DNA of 31,875 nucleotides from a virus (IMGVR_UViG_3300031519_000131:1-31875), one strand, 5' to 3'. Positions 1 through 9,034 are shown, counted from the first letter of the stretch. Translations and numbers: made by a program. Notes: generated by a model not told the origin, from the letters alone.

Positions 1-1
1 A

Positions 2-214
2 GAATATAATCCGTTATATTCAGGCTTAAAAATAAAATATGTCTATCATGATAATGAAAAAAATATAGTATACAAAGAAGACACAGTAAATCCTCTTGAG
101 TTAATTAAACTTACTAAACATAATTCATTACTTTTGCAAGAAGCAATTAACATAATCCATAAACCCGTAAAAGATGCCCAAATTATCACAGGAACTGATC
201 AGATCACATTATAA
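2..214 (+). CDS. hypothetical protein, 5'-truncated by window edge
   Basis: Open frame from base 2 (EYNPLYSGLKIKYVYHDNEK...TDQITL) to TAA 212-214; overlaps the start of the next gene, as is common in this genome. Confidence 0.6.
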   Translation, partial: EYNPLYSGLKIKYVYHDNEKNIVYKEDTVNPLELIKLTKHNSLLLQEAINIIHKPVKDAQIITGTDQITL

Positions 215-365
215 TTCATGGAAGAAAAAACAGTCAAATAAAACAAGCTTTGGCTATACAATGAATGAAATGTATAAACTTAATGATATTGATTTAGCAA
301 GTGAACAAGATGATAATATGGCACTCTTAAGATTATTAAAAGATCATGTATACACAAAAAAATAG
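174..365 (+). CDS. hypothetical protein (63 aa)
   Basis: ORF track; overlaps both neighbours in the operon. Confidence 0.6.
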   Translation: MPKLSQELIRSHYNSWKKKQSNKTSFGYTMNEMYKLNDIDLASEQDDNMALLRLLKDHVYTKK

Positions 366-597
366 ATTTGGAATAGTAAACCGTGAGGTAATAACTGATC
401 CTAGTTTATCTATTGGTGCTAAATCATTATATAGTGTGTTATCTTGTTATGCAAATAAACAAAGAACATGCTTTCCTTCTATCAGTACATTAGCTGATGA
501 CCTTGGCTCAAGTCAATCAAGCATAGATAGATGGATAAAAGAGCTAAAAGAATACAAATATATAGAAAGAATAGGCAGAAAGTTAACACTTAAGTGA
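346..597 (+). CDS. winged helix-turn-helix protein (HTH_36-like)
   Basis: DPSLSIGAKSLYSVL...CFPSISTLADDLGSSQSSIDRWIKELKEYKYIER matches the replication-initiator-type wHTH pattern. Confidence 0.8.
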   Translation: MYTQKNRFGIVNREVITDPSLSIGAKSLYSVLSCYANKQRTCFPSISTLADDLGSSQSSIDRWIKELKEYKYIERIGRKLTLK

Positions 598-656
598 AGC
601 GTTAGCTATATGTATGCTTTTTATTTTGTAAACTGAACTTAATTTATGTTATTATA

Positions 657-689
657 TGTGAGCCAAAAGAAGTAATATTATTATCTTTA
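657..689 (+). promoter_or_regulatory. candidate Bacteroidota-type promoter
   Basis: TATCTTTA at 682-689 (consensus TAnnTTTG) with TGTG 21 nt upstream; intergenic, 17 nt before ATG 707. Confidence 0.4.
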
Positions 690-706
690 TAAAATATAAA
701 TAAAAG

Positions 707-970
707 ATGATAATCCAACTTCCAAATGGACGCATAGTAGAATGCTCGTTAGAGCAGTACTTATCTTTATCAGATGAGGAATATAAAGACCTTAATGGTC
801 TTAGTTCAGCATATACTAAAGAAGTGGGTAATCCTTTTTACAGCAGCTTTGTTAAATCACTACCTCCTGAGATACAGGAAGAATTCATTCATGAGAATGA
901 ACCGGACTTAGATGAAATTAGCGCTTATGAAAAACTGGATGACCCGTATTTTCACTCAGATGACGTCTAG
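707..970 (+). CDS. hypothetical acidic protein (87 aa)
   Basis: ORF track; A-rich leader. Confidence 0.7.
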   Translation: MIIQLPNGRIVECSLEQYLSLSDEEYKDLNGLSSAYTKEVGNPFYSSFVKSLPPEIQEEFIHENEPDLDEISAYEKLDDPYFHSDDV

Positions 971-1012
971 TCATCAAACACTTATTTATTAATTATTTAA
1001 ATCTTATTAAAA

Positions 1013-1594
1013 ATGCAAAACAAAGTCAACATTGTGGCTGATGATATGGGAAATATCATCCGTCAATCAAGTAACAACGCAGAATTTGGTCACATCAGAC
1101 TAGAACAACAAACAGTAACATTTGGAAACACTGGATGGGTAAAGAGTTCAAACAGAACTACATTACTACACGGTAAAATGGATGATTTACAAAGTCTAAA
1201 CCTTAATGAATCAACACCATTAAATGGTAAGATTATTGTAAAAGAGTCTGTAACACCATTTAGTAACAATGATCCAGATAGAGATCTTAAAATAGCTGGT
1301 GAAACAGGTATTATATGTTCTGTAGATGATCAACCTATTTATAGGAAAACATTCTTTGTAGCTGATATAACAGCTCAGGATGTACTTATAGCTCATACAA
1401 ATGGAGATGCTATACGTGAAGCTAACGGCTTAACAAGTAATGCTGTTAAAACTACTGTAACACCAGCAGAAGCATTTGGATTAGATAGTCCTGTTGATGA
1501 ACAAGCTGATGTAGTTGAAGAAGAAGTAGAAGATGAAGTGACAAGTGAAGTTGAAGAAGAAGTTCTTGTAGAAGAAGAATCTTTTGAACTATAA
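1013..1594 (+). CDS. hypothetical protein with long acidic C-terminal tail; possible ssDNA-binding protein
   Basis: Beta-rich N-terminal region followed by a Glu-rich tail ending EEESFEL; function is inference. Confidence 0.45.
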   Translation: MQNKVNIVADDMGNIIRQSSNNAEFGHIRLEQQTVTFGNTGWVKSSNRTTLLHGKMDDLQSLNLNESTPLNGKIIVKESVTPFSNNDPDRDLKIAGETGIICSVDDQPIYRKTFFVADITAQDVLIAHTNGDAIREANGLTSNAVKTTVTPAEAFGLDSPVDEQADVVEEEVEDEVTSEVEEEVLVEEESFEL

Positions 1595-1620
1595 ATAAAA
1601 TAGTTTTCTGAAAATGAAAG

Positions 1621-1652
1621 AGGGTAGTGTTTGATTTATCATTCACTACCCT
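1621..1652 (+). terminator. stem-loop, possible terminator or processing site
   Basis: Perfect 9-bp inverted repeat AGGGTAGTG/CACTACCCT; weak U-tract; TTGATT between the arms. Confidence 0.55.
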
Positions 1653-1694
1653 TGGACATTTATTATCTTTCACTTAATCACTAAAAAAACACGT

Positions 1695-2237
1695 ATGTTA
1701 ACATCAGAACAAATATCTAAACTAAATCTCAATGAAAATCAACTAAAATTAAGTAAACGCATGGAGCGTTACCAATATTTAGGAATATTAACAGAATATC
1801 AGTTACATCCACCATCAATAATAAATACATTTCAGTATAATAAACTTAATCCTTATCAACATTTTTTATTTAAACGTGTACTCCATGGCCTCAAGGTCTA
1901 TAAACCTGAAGAAGTTACTAAACTTCATTGGGATAAGAAGAGACGCATAACTAAAGTATGGAAAAGAGGACAAAGAGAAATAAATGCTTGGAAACAAACA
2001 CTTTGTAATAAGCAAGCAAATGCCTATCTTAGTAAAACTTTTAAAAGTTCACCCTTAGCACAGTATATAGCAAATATACCTGCAGATGAAACATTAGATG
2101 ATTATCAAAATACATTTACATTTAAAGAGCTAGGGATAAACTATGAAGATGTGGTAATAAAATTTCTATCAATAGGTTTATTACCTAAAAATTATTTTAC
2201 TTTGAAACCAAATGAGCATCAAAAAAGTATCCAATAA
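1695..2237 (+). CDS. hypothetical protein (180 aa)
   Basis: ORF track; no motif recognised. Confidence 0.7.
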   Translation: MLTSEQISKLNLNENQLKLSKRMERYQYLGILTEYQLHPPSIINTFQYNKLNPYQHFLFKRVLHGLKVYKPEEVTKLHWDKKRRITKVWKRGQREINAWKQTLCNKQANAYLSKTFKSSPLAQYIANIPADETLDDYQNTFTFKELGINYEDVVIKFLSIGLLPKNYFTLKPNEHQKSIQ

Positions 2238-2490
2238 GATGGCTAAATTAAACACTGCCTATTCTAAACAGCGTAGGCAGTATTTATCAGATCATAACAT
2301 CTGTCATGCAAAGATCCATAAGTGTTCTATACATGCTACAGATGTACATCATAAGAAAGGACGTGGAGAATTTCATTTAGATGAATCTACCTGGTTACCA
2401 GTATGTAGAAATTGTCATATGTGGATAGAAACACATCCAATAGAATCTTATGAGTTAGGATTTTCACAATCAAGAAACAATAAATTATGA
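2212..2490 (+). CDS. small HNH endonuclease-like protein
   Basis: C..C-TDVHHKKGRG...WLPVCRNCH zinc/HNH pattern. Confidence 0.75.
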   Translation: MSIKKVSNKMAKLNTAYSKQRRQYLSDHNICHAKIHKCSIHATDVHHKKGRGEFHLDESTWLPVCRNCHMWIETHPIESYELGFSQSRNNKL

Positions 2491-2675
2491 ACAGAAAAAG
2501 AAAACATATCAGATTTGTTACAAGATATCTATATCATTTAAAATATGAAACACTAAATAGAGCATTTAAAGCTTCTCGTACAGACTTTAAAAGTAAAAGA
2601 GACATTAAAAAACTAAAAAATAATACAGTGCTTATACAAAAGTATCACCGCAGGTTATTTTTATTAAAATTTTAG
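2487..2675 (+). CDS. hypothetical basic protein (62 aa)
   Basis: ORF track; ATGA overlap with upstream gene. Confidence 0.6.
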   Translation: MNRKRKHIRFVTRYLYHLKYETLNRAFKASRTDFKSKRDIKKLKNNTVLIQKYHRRLFLLKF

Positions 2676-2677
2676 TT

Positions 2678-2788
2678 ATGAATGACTGGGAAAAACAAAG
2701 ACTAATTAAATTAATCACCTATACAGGTATATTACTCATCACAACATTATTATGGTACAACATATGGAAGTTAGTAACAGAAACATAG
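2678..2788 (+). CDS. small single-pass membrane peptide (36 aa), not in ORF track
   Basis: Manual translation MNDWEKQRLIKLITYTGILLITTLLWYNIWKLVTET; fills the gap 2 nt after the previous stop. Confidence 0.55.
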   Translation: MNDWEKQRLIKLITYTGILLITTLLWYNIWKLVTET

Positions 2789-3870
2789 TTCAAGCAGATG
2801 CATTAGCAATTGCTATGAAAAATAAAAGATGTGGATTAGGTATATCTATGGGTGTTGGTAAAACACGTATAGCTATAGAGCATTTACAAAGACATTTTAA
2901 TCCTTTTATAAAAGCATTAGTAGTTATACCAAAGAAATCTGTTATGAAGTCCTGGTTTGATGAGCTTAATAAAATGAATAGTAGTGTTTTAGAAGATCAT
3001 ATAACGTTTACAACATATTTATCACTTAATAAACAGAATCCAAATGAGTATGATGTAGTATATTTAGATGAATGTCATTCACTATTACCAAATCATGAAA
3101 ATTTTTTAAGTAATTACACGGGGAAAATATTAGGTCTTACAGGCACACCTCCAAAAAACAAAACATCAGAGAAAGGTATGCTAGTTCAAAAGTATTGTCC
3201 TATCAAATATGTGTTTACTGTAGATGATGCAACTGACTCAAACATATTAAATGATTATAAGATAGTAATACATGAATTGGAATTATCAAAGCTTCCTACA
3301 TTAAAGAAGAAAAACAAGAAAGGTGGTATATGGTATACCACAGAGAAAAAGGATTATGACTATGTAACGTCTAGATTAGCACAATCTCAAACGCCAAAAC
3401 AAATCCAATTTGGTAGAATAATGCGTATGAGAGCGTTAATGGATTATACAAGTAAAGAGAGCTATGTAAATAGTATATTAAAGAACATTAATGCTAAATG
3501 CATTGTGTTTGCTAATACACAGAAACAAGCAGACAGAATATGTAAACATAGTTATCATTCTAAAAACTCTAAATCTGATGAAAATCTTGAATTATTTTCT
3601 GATGGTAGAATAGACAGGCTATCCTGTGTGTTACAATTGTCAGAGGGTGTTACAATACCAAAGCTTAAAGCAGGTATTATTATGCATGCATATGGTAATG
3701 AAAGAAAGACAGCCCAACGTATTGGTAGATTATTAAGATTAAATCCTACTGAGACAGCCACATGTCATATACTTATGTACAAAGGAACTCAAGATGAAAA
3801 ATGGGTGGAAGATGCTATAAAAGGTTTTGATCCGTTAAAAATTAAATATTTTAATCCTCTTAGTAGATAA
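2752..3870 (+). CDS. superfamily 2 DExH helicase (start may be ATG 2764)
   Basis: Motif I MGVGKT, motif II LDECH, motif III LTGT, motif VI QRIGRLLR. Confidence 0.9.
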   Translation: MVQHMEVSNRNIVQADALAIAMKNKRCGLGISMGVGKTRIAIEHLQRHFNPFIKALVVIPKKSVMKSWFDELNKMNSSVLEDHITFTTYLSLNKQNPNEYDVVYLDECHSLLPNHENFLSNYTGKILGLTGTPPKNKTSEKGMLVQKYCPIKYVFTVDDATDSNILNDYKIVIHELELSKLPTLKKKNKKGGIWYTTEKKDYDYVTSRLAQSQTPKQIQFGRIMRMRALMDYTSKESYVNSILKNINAKCIVFANTQKQADRICKHSYHSKNSKSDENLELFSDGRIDRLSCVLQLSEGVTIPKLKAGIIMHAYGNERKTAQRIGRLLRLNPTETATCHILMYKGTQDEKWVEDAIKGFDPLKIKYFNPLSR

Positions 3871-4022
3871 TGTGTAAACCAATCATTAAATGTAGTAGAT
3901 GTGAAAAAACCTTTTGTGGTGGATTTGACTATAGAATGCATTTTGATCAACATTTAGATGAATGGTATGCATCAGAAGATAAAAAACAATACATTAAAAA
4001 AACAACACAATGGGAAAAATGA
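3870..4022 (+). CDS. C2H2 zinc-finger micro-protein (50 aa), not in ORF track
   Basis: MCKPIIKCSRCEKTFCGGFDYRMHFDQHLDEW...; TAATG coupling to helicase stop; C-x2-C-x3-F-x5-Y-x2-H-x3-H. Confidence 0.65.
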   Translation: MCKPIIKCSRCEKTFCGGFDYRMHFDQHLDEWYASEDKKQYIKKTTQWEK

Positions 4023-4267
4023 AAGAATTATTTATGGAAAGCCAACAAGAACAAGAAGCAGATAATACATTTTATAAAGGTGTACATGATTCTATGATTC
4101 ATAGTTTAGCACGTCAATCATGTGAAGAGTTTATACCAACAGAAGATACACCATGTCCAAATTGTTTTGGTGGTAAATCTTTACACCGTAATAAAACTGA
4201 GGCAAAATGTGTTAGTTGTGGACAAGAATTTATATACATAGAAAATAACGTTTTAAGATACAAATAA
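4010..4267 (+). CDS. zinc-ribbon protein
   Basis: CPNC...CVSCG pair. Confidence 0.65.
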   Translation: MGKMKELFMESQQEQEADNTFYKGVHDSMIHSLARQSCEEFIPTEDTPCPNCFGGKSLHRNKTEAKCVSCGQEFIYIENNVLRYK

Positions 4268-4530
4268 TGGGAAAAGGAATAAACATAGTACCAATGACTT
4301 TATTTGGTCATGAGGTAGAAGTAGAATATTATTACTATCCGGGAGAAACGGAAGTACATACAGAACCTAATGGAGATCCAGGAACACCTGGTTCACCAGC
4401 ATCAGCAGAAATGGTTCACATATGGTGTGAAATGGCTAATGATGAGGGATCTACAAGTATAGTAGATGTCTTAGATTTAATTGAACCAACGTATTTATCA
4501 GATGAAATAATAGAAAAATATCATGAATGA
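4267..4530 (+). CDS. hypothetical acidic protein (87 aa)
   Basis: ORF track; TAATG coupling. Confidence 0.65.
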   Translation: MGKGINIVPMTLFGHEVEVEYYYYPGETEVHTEPNGDPGTPGSPASAEMVHIWCEMANDEGSTSIVDVLDLIEPTYLSDEIIEKYHE

Positions 4531-4663
4531 AGTAGAAGTAAAAAAAATTAATGGAAAAACATATAAATTTCAAAATGGTAAATGGATTAATGAAAGATCT
4601 AATACAGAATTAGATCCTCATGATCCAGATTACCGTATAGTATGGAATATAAAATCAATATAA
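4523..4663 (+). CDS. hypothetical protein (46 aa), not in ORF track
   Basis: MNEVEVKKINGKTYKFQNGKWINERSNTELDPHDPDYRIVWNIKSI; fills gap. Confidence 0.55.
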   Translation: MNEVEVKKINGKTYKFQNGKWINERSNTELDPHDPDYRIVWNIKSI

Positions 4664-4664
4664 T

Positions 4665-4799
4665 ATGAAAAATAAAAAAAATAGAGAGTACAGATCAAGA
4701 CAAGGTAGATCAGATGATCAGTATGCAACTTCAATAGCAATTTTTGCTGCAGCAGTTGTTGGACTTGCATTGTTATTACTTATAGCTATCATATTATGA
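4665..4799 (+). CDS. small membrane peptide (44 aa), not in ORF track
   Basis: MKNKKNREYRSRQGRSDDQYATSIAIFAAAVVGLALLLLIAIIL; ATGA overlap with next gene. Confidence 0.6.
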   Translation: MKNKKNREYRSRQGRSDDQYATSIAIFAAAVVGLALLLLIAIIL

Positions 4800-5179
4800 A
4801 GGATAATTTATACATAAAAGCATCAGTTAAAGATGGGCAGCTGCACTTCCCTATTAAAGCAATGGGAACTAAGTATAGAAAGTTTTTTGAACAGCTTGAA
4901 GATAATTCTAAGCTGGAAATTTTTGTTGGTGTAAGTGGTGATAAAGGTAGTAACCCGCAGTTAGCACGTGTACATGCAATGATTAGAGAAATAGCACAAG
5001 AAATTGGTTACACCTTTGAAGAAGCCAAAATTGAAGTGAAAAGAGCTTCAGGATTATGTTTTGTAAGAGATAAACAAGAGTATTGTAAATCATTTGCTGA
5101 CTGTGATAAAGATGAATTAAATTTAGCTATACAATCTTGTATAGAAATAGGAGATTTTAATGGTATGCAATTAAGATAA
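4796..5179 (+). CDS. NinB/Orf-like recombination accessory protein
   Basis: GSNPQLARVHAMIREIAQEIG...KSFADCDKDEL resembles the NinB-type RS.xQN..LHA.L..IA and ST..L.k.e motifs. Confidence 0.5.
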   Translation: MKDNLYIKASVKDGQLHFPIKAMGTKYRKFFEQLEDNSKLEIFVGVSGDKGSNPQLARVHAMIREIAQEIGYTFEEAKIEVKRASGLCFVRDKQEYCKSFADCDKDELNLAIQSCIEIGDFNGMQLR

Positions 5180-5617
5180 TTATTTGACTATCCTCATTTT
5201 AGATTCTATCTCTTTAAGTTTTTCTGCAACATTTTTACCATCAAAAGCATCTTTAGCTAAAGCTTGCATTTCTTCTTTGGTAGCTGAAGTTTCAGTTTTA
5301 ATTTCTAAACCTTGTTTTTGTGCGTTATATTTTAAAGACTGCGTCAATGAAAATAAAACATATAAATCAGCTTCCCATTTACTAATTACAGGTAAATCAG
5401 CTTCATCTTCAGGAATACCATCTTTAGATTTTTGAGCTATAATATCAAATTTTTTAAATGTTTCACCTATTGTATCTACTTTATCATCAGCCATGATTAA
5501 ATTAGAAACAATATTTTGTAAAGCAGGAATATAAGATGCAGATAATTCAATATCTTTAATTACAGATTTAGTATCGTAAGTTACATAAGTTTGTAATTCT
5601 TTTTTTTCTTCAGACAT
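5180..5617 (-). CDS. hypothetical protein (145 aa), lone minus-strand gene in a plus-strand region
   Basis: ATG with AT-rich leader; fills the whole gap between plus-strand genes; protein-like composition. Confidence 0.75.
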   Translation of the reverse strand: MSEEKKELQTYVTYDTKSVIKDIELSASYIPALQNIVSNLIMADDKVDTIGETFKKFDIIAQKSKDGIPEDEADLPVISKWEADLYVLFSLTQSLKYNAQKQGLEIKTETSATKEEMQALAKDAFDGKNVAEKLKEIESKMRIVK

Positions 5618-5662
5618 AATAATTAATTTAAAAAGTAAATATACTAATAATATAACAAAAAA

Positions 5663-6337
5663 ATGGAAATTGACATAAATAATTTAAGAGATCAACTCAA
5701 TAAAAAATTAGAACCTACTGGGTGGAAACGTGTATTAGCACCATATATAAATGGTTTAAGCTTTGATCACATTATGAATACATTATTAGATAATGTAAAT
5801 AATGGAAGAAGGTTTACACCAATGTTTAAAGATACATTTAATGCTTTTATAGAATGTCCATATAAAGAAACAAAAGTAGTTATAGTAGGACAAGATCCAT
5901 ATCCTCAACTTGGAGTTGCTGATGGAATAGCATTTAGCTGTAGTAAAAAAGATAAAGCAGAAAAGTCTTTACAATATATTAATAAAGCTATAGACACAGA
6001 ACATACTGATTTAAGATGTTGGTCTAATCAAGGCGTATTATTAATTAATACAGCGCTTACCGTAGAGGTAAATAAAATAGGTTCTCATTATGCTATATGG
6101 AAATCATTTACAGAATATCTATTTGAAACACTTAATAGACACAATAAGGATTTAGTGTTTATATTAATGGGTAAAAAAGCTGAAGAGTGGGCACCATTAT
6201 TATCTAACATGAAAATATTTAAGGTAGCACACCCTGCTTCAGCTGCATATAAAGGTGGTGAATGGGATTGTAAAGATGTGTTTAACAATGTAAATTTAGA
6301 GTTAGAAAAACAAGGTAAAACTTGTATAGAATGGTAA
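5663..6337 (+). CDS. ung: uracil-DNA glycosylase family 1
   Basis: VVIVGQDPYP, ADGIAFS, W..QGVLLINTALTV, GSH..W, HPAS motifs. Confidence 0.95.
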   Translation: MEIDINNLRDQLNKKLEPTGWKRVLAPYINGLSFDHIMNTLLDNVNNGRRFTPMFKDTFNAFIECPYKETKVVIVGQDPYPQLGVADGIAFSCSKKDKAEKSLQYINKAIDTEHTDLRCWSNQGVLLINTALTVEVNKIGSHYAIWKSFTEYLFETLNRHNKDLVFILMGKKAEEWAPLLSNMKIFKVAHPASAAYKGGEWDCKDVFNNVNLELEKQGKTCIEW

Positions 6338-6352
6338 TAATAGTTACATTTG
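6321..6352 (+). promoter_or_regulatory. Bacteroidota sigma70-type promoter
   Basis: CTTG (6321-6324), 20-nt spacer, TACATTTG (6345-6352), an exact TAnnTTTG match. Confidence 0.6.
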
Positions 6353-6373
6353 TGTAACTGAAATTTAATTTAA

Positions 6374-6892
6374 ATGACTGAAAGCCAACTAGTTGAACAA
6401 AAACAAGATATAAAGGTATTTAAAGAAAGATTTTTAAATAGATATGGAATTAAAGTTCATATTTTCCTTCCTAATGCTCCTCAAGATAAAATAGCATTAG
6501 ATACTGTACATCTATGTACATTAGCTGCACTTTATAGTGAATACCCTGAATTTTCTCATATAGTTTCTTTATTAGAAAGAGTTAGAAAAAGAGAATTTAT
6601 GATATATGCACAAACATTTAGTTATGTATGTCATTTAATGGGTTATAGTAAAACTAGAATAGGAGTATATCTAGGAAGAACTCATGCTACAATAATAAAC
6701 TCATGTAGAAGAGTAGAGAATGGTTTAGAAACAAATGATAAGCTTACATTAGATACATATAACAAATTAGTAAATGAAATAGAAAATTATGTGGGAAATG
6801 TTCCAGAAAATATTAAATGCAAAAGTGACACCAAACCAGCTCCAGATACTATTTGGGATCAAGCTAGGCGTCTCCTTGCCATACATAACTAA
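6374..6892 (+). CDS. DnaA C-terminal (domain IV)-like DNA-binding protein
   Basis: R..Q..SY..H.MGYSKTRIGVYLGRTHATIINSCRRVE parallels DnaA S..EIG..FGGRDHTTV.HA..K; no AAA+ domain. Confidence 0.7.
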   Translation: MTESQLVEQKQDIKVFKERFLNRYGIKVHIFLPNAPQDKIALDTVHLCTLAALYSEYPEFSHIVSLLERVRKREFMIYAQTFSYVCHLMGYSKTRIGVYLGRTHATIINSCRRVENGLETNDKLTLDTYNKLVNEIENYVGNVPENIKCKSDTKPAPDTIWDQARRLLAIHN

Positions 6893-7379
6893 ACAAGATA
6901 CTTATGATTTAGTTCATGCAGGTTATCTTGATAAAATAGATAGTAGATATCAATTGACAAAAGAAGCTAAACTTCTTATAATTAAAATGGATAACTACTT
7001 TATAAAAGCAAAGAAGAAAACTGATATTCAATTAATGGGTAAAGACTTCTTAGACATGATTAATAATTATAGACTTGTATTTCCTGCTAAAAAATTACCA
7101 AGTGGTAAACCAGCAAGAAATAACGTTAAAGCGTTAGGAGAAGCATTTAGATGGTTCTTTGATACATATGATCATGATTGGACTATTATACATAAAGCTA
7201 CTAAGATGTACGTAAATGAGTACAGGGACGCAGATTATATGTATATGCAAACCAGTCAATATTTTATCTGTAAACAAGATAAACATAGGGTAAAGCATTC
7301 TACATTAGCAGATTATTGTGATATGATTCTAGAAGGAGTTAGTACAGAAGATGAATATTTTAAAGAAAACGTAGTATGA
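6789..7379 (+). CDS. hypothetical protein, possible replication initiator/helicase loader
   Basis: wHTH-like N-terminus (LVHAGYL....YQLTKEA) plus C-terminal YM....YFI segment; lies upstream of the DnaB-like gene; function inferred. Confidence 0.45.
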   Translation: MWEMFQKILNAKVTPNQLQILFGIKLGVSLPYITKQDTYDLVHAGYLDKIDSRYQLTKEAKLLIIKMDNYFIKAKKKTDIQLMGKDFLDMINNYRLVFPAKKLPSGKPARNNVKALGEAFRWFFDTYDHDWTIIHKATKMYVNEYRDADYMYMQTSQYFICKQDKHRVKHSTLADYCDMILEGVSTEDEYFKENVV

Positions 7380-7534
7380 CACCTGATCAAATAACAGAAA
7401 TATTAAATAAATTAAACCTTGTACTTGAAGATTTTCAAATGCTAAGAGATGGAACATGGGTTCCAGATAAACAGTCATGTAATGACAGCATTGATAATAT
7501 AGAAAGTATTATATACATAATAAACAATGAGTAA
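7376..7534 (+). CDS. hypothetical protein (52 aa), not in ORF track
   Basis: MTPDQITEILNKLNLVLEDFQMLRDGTWVPD...; ATGA overlap upstream and overlaps the helicase start. Confidence 0.55.
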   Translation: MTPDQITEILNKLNLVLEDFQMLRDGTWVPDKQSCNDSIDNIESIIYIINNE

Positions 7535-8483
7535 ACCAAAAGAATCATGGGTAGGGCAGTATACAGCCTTTAATGAGGCGCTTAAATATATGTTTAGGAG
7601 ATCAACAGGAGAAGAAAAATCAATCTATACACCATGGCCTAAATTTAATGATGCAGCTACTGATGGTTTAGAATGGAATACTTTAACTGTAATTGGTGGT
7701 AGACCTGGCTCAGGTAAAACATTAATTAAAGATCAGATAATTAGAGAATCATTTGCATTAAATCCAAATGATAACTTTAGAGTATTAGAATTTCAGTTTG
7801 AAATGGTTGGTAGAACATCAGCTATAAGAGAATTCAGTTCTATTACTGGTAAAACATATAAAGAATTGTGTAGTGCAGGATCTGTACTAAGTAAAGATAC
7901 ACTAAACACATGTCATTTGTATGCTAAAGAAAGAGTAAAACACCCGGTTGATATAGTAAGTACACCAATGACTGTTAATCAAATGAGAGAACAGATAGAT
8001 GCTTATATGAATCTACATAAGGGCGTAAATACAATGATAACACTTGATCACACTATGTTAGTCAAAAGAGCACCATATCAAAATAATACATTAGATATGT
8101 TATTTGAGTTAGGTGAGTTCTTTACACAGTGTAAAAGAGATTATCCTTGTTTATTTATTGCTTTGTCACAACTTAATAGAAATATAGATAATCCGGATAG
8201 AGCTGTTGATGGTAAGTATGGTAATTATATACTTGAGTCAGATATATTTGGTTCAGATGCTATGTTGCAACATGCAGATATGCTTATAGGTATTAACAGA
8301 CCGGCTAAACAAAAGATTAGGTTCTATGGCCCTGATAGATATATTATAGAAAATGATAGAACATTAGTTTTACATTTCTTAAAAGCTAGAAATGGTGATG
8401 CCCGGATGAGTTTCTTTAAAGCTAAATTTGAACAAATGCAAATAGAAGAGATGGCTACACCTCAACAACAAGAACGCAGATGA
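7527..8483 (+). CDS. dnaB: DnaB-like (SF4) replicative helicase, ATPase domain only
   Basis: GGRPGSGKT, FEM, LDH, LSQLNR, GSDAMLQHAD, KARNG motifs. Confidence 0.9.
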   Translation: MSKPKESWVGQYTAFNEALKYMFRRSTGEEKSIYTPWPKFNDAATDGLEWNTLTVIGGRPGSGKTLIKDQIIRESFALNPNDNFRVLEFQFEMVGRTSAIREFSSITGKTYKELCSAGSVLSKDTLNTCHLYAKERVKHPVDIVSTPMTVNQMREQIDAYMNLHKGVNTMITLDHTMLVKRAPYQNNTLDMLFELGEFFTQCKRDYPCLFIALSQLNRNIDNPDRAVDGKYGNYILESDIFGSDAMLQHADMLIGINRPAKQKIRFYGPDRYIIENDRTLVLHFLKARNGDARMSFFKAKFEQMQIEEMATPQQQERR

Positions 8484-9034
8484 TAAACACAAAAAATATT
8501 AATAAAGATAAAAAAATGGGATTAACACCAGATGAAAGAAAATCAAAAGTTGCAAAACTTAGAGAAGAGCATGAAGATTACTTTCAAGCAGAATGGAAAG
8601 GCAATGCTCTGTATATACCAAAAATGGCTTACAGGCCTAAAGGAAAAGATGAACTACATGTTAGCTTCTTTCCTAGTGAATTAGAGAAAGAAGAAAATAT
8701 ATATACTGAGTTTGTTAGTATAGATTATGATAGTGAAGATCCAAAAAGAACATTGTATCTACATAAGTATAATCCTCATTGGAAAAGTGAGTATGAATTA
8801 ATAACCTCAAGTTCAGGATTTCAAAGACATTTAATACCAGTATCAGAATTAAAAGTAATTAATGATGTAACAAATAGAAAAAATGTAAAAGCAGTTATAA
8901 GTAATCCAATACCATTTGAAGATTTAACTGGGCCAGATCCCATTTCTATAGAGAGTGCTATGGTTAATAAGCTTGAAGATATAAATCAATCAATAATAAC
9001 ATTAACAAAAGTAATAACTAAATTAATCAAATAA
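8480..9034 (+). CDS. hypothetical protein (start may be a later ATG)
   Basis: ORF track; C-terminal coiled-coil-like segment. Confidence 0.7.
   Translation: MINTKNINKDKKMGLTPDERKSKVAKLREEHEDYFQAEWKGNALYIPKMAYRPKGKDELHVSFFPSELEKEENIYTEFVSIDYDSEDPKRTLYLHKYNPHWKSEYELITSSSGFQRHLIPVSELKVINDVTNRKNVKAVISNPIPFEDLTGPDPISIESAMVNKLEDINQSIITLTKVITKLIK

Noticed and set aside
588-597. Palindrome CACTTAAGTG-like site at the end of the HTH gene as an operator
   Set aside because: Single occurrence noticed, overlapping the stop codon; no second copy to support it
1452-1673. Minus-strand 73-aa Leu/Gln-rich ORF
   Set aside because: Antisense shadow of the GAA-rich acidic tail of 1013-1594
3555-3761. Minus-strand 68-aa ORF
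   Set aside because: Fully antisense to conserved helicase motifs
5184-5435. Plus-strand 83-aa ORF
   Set aside because: Ser/Leu-rich shadow of the longer minus-strand gene, which has a proper leader
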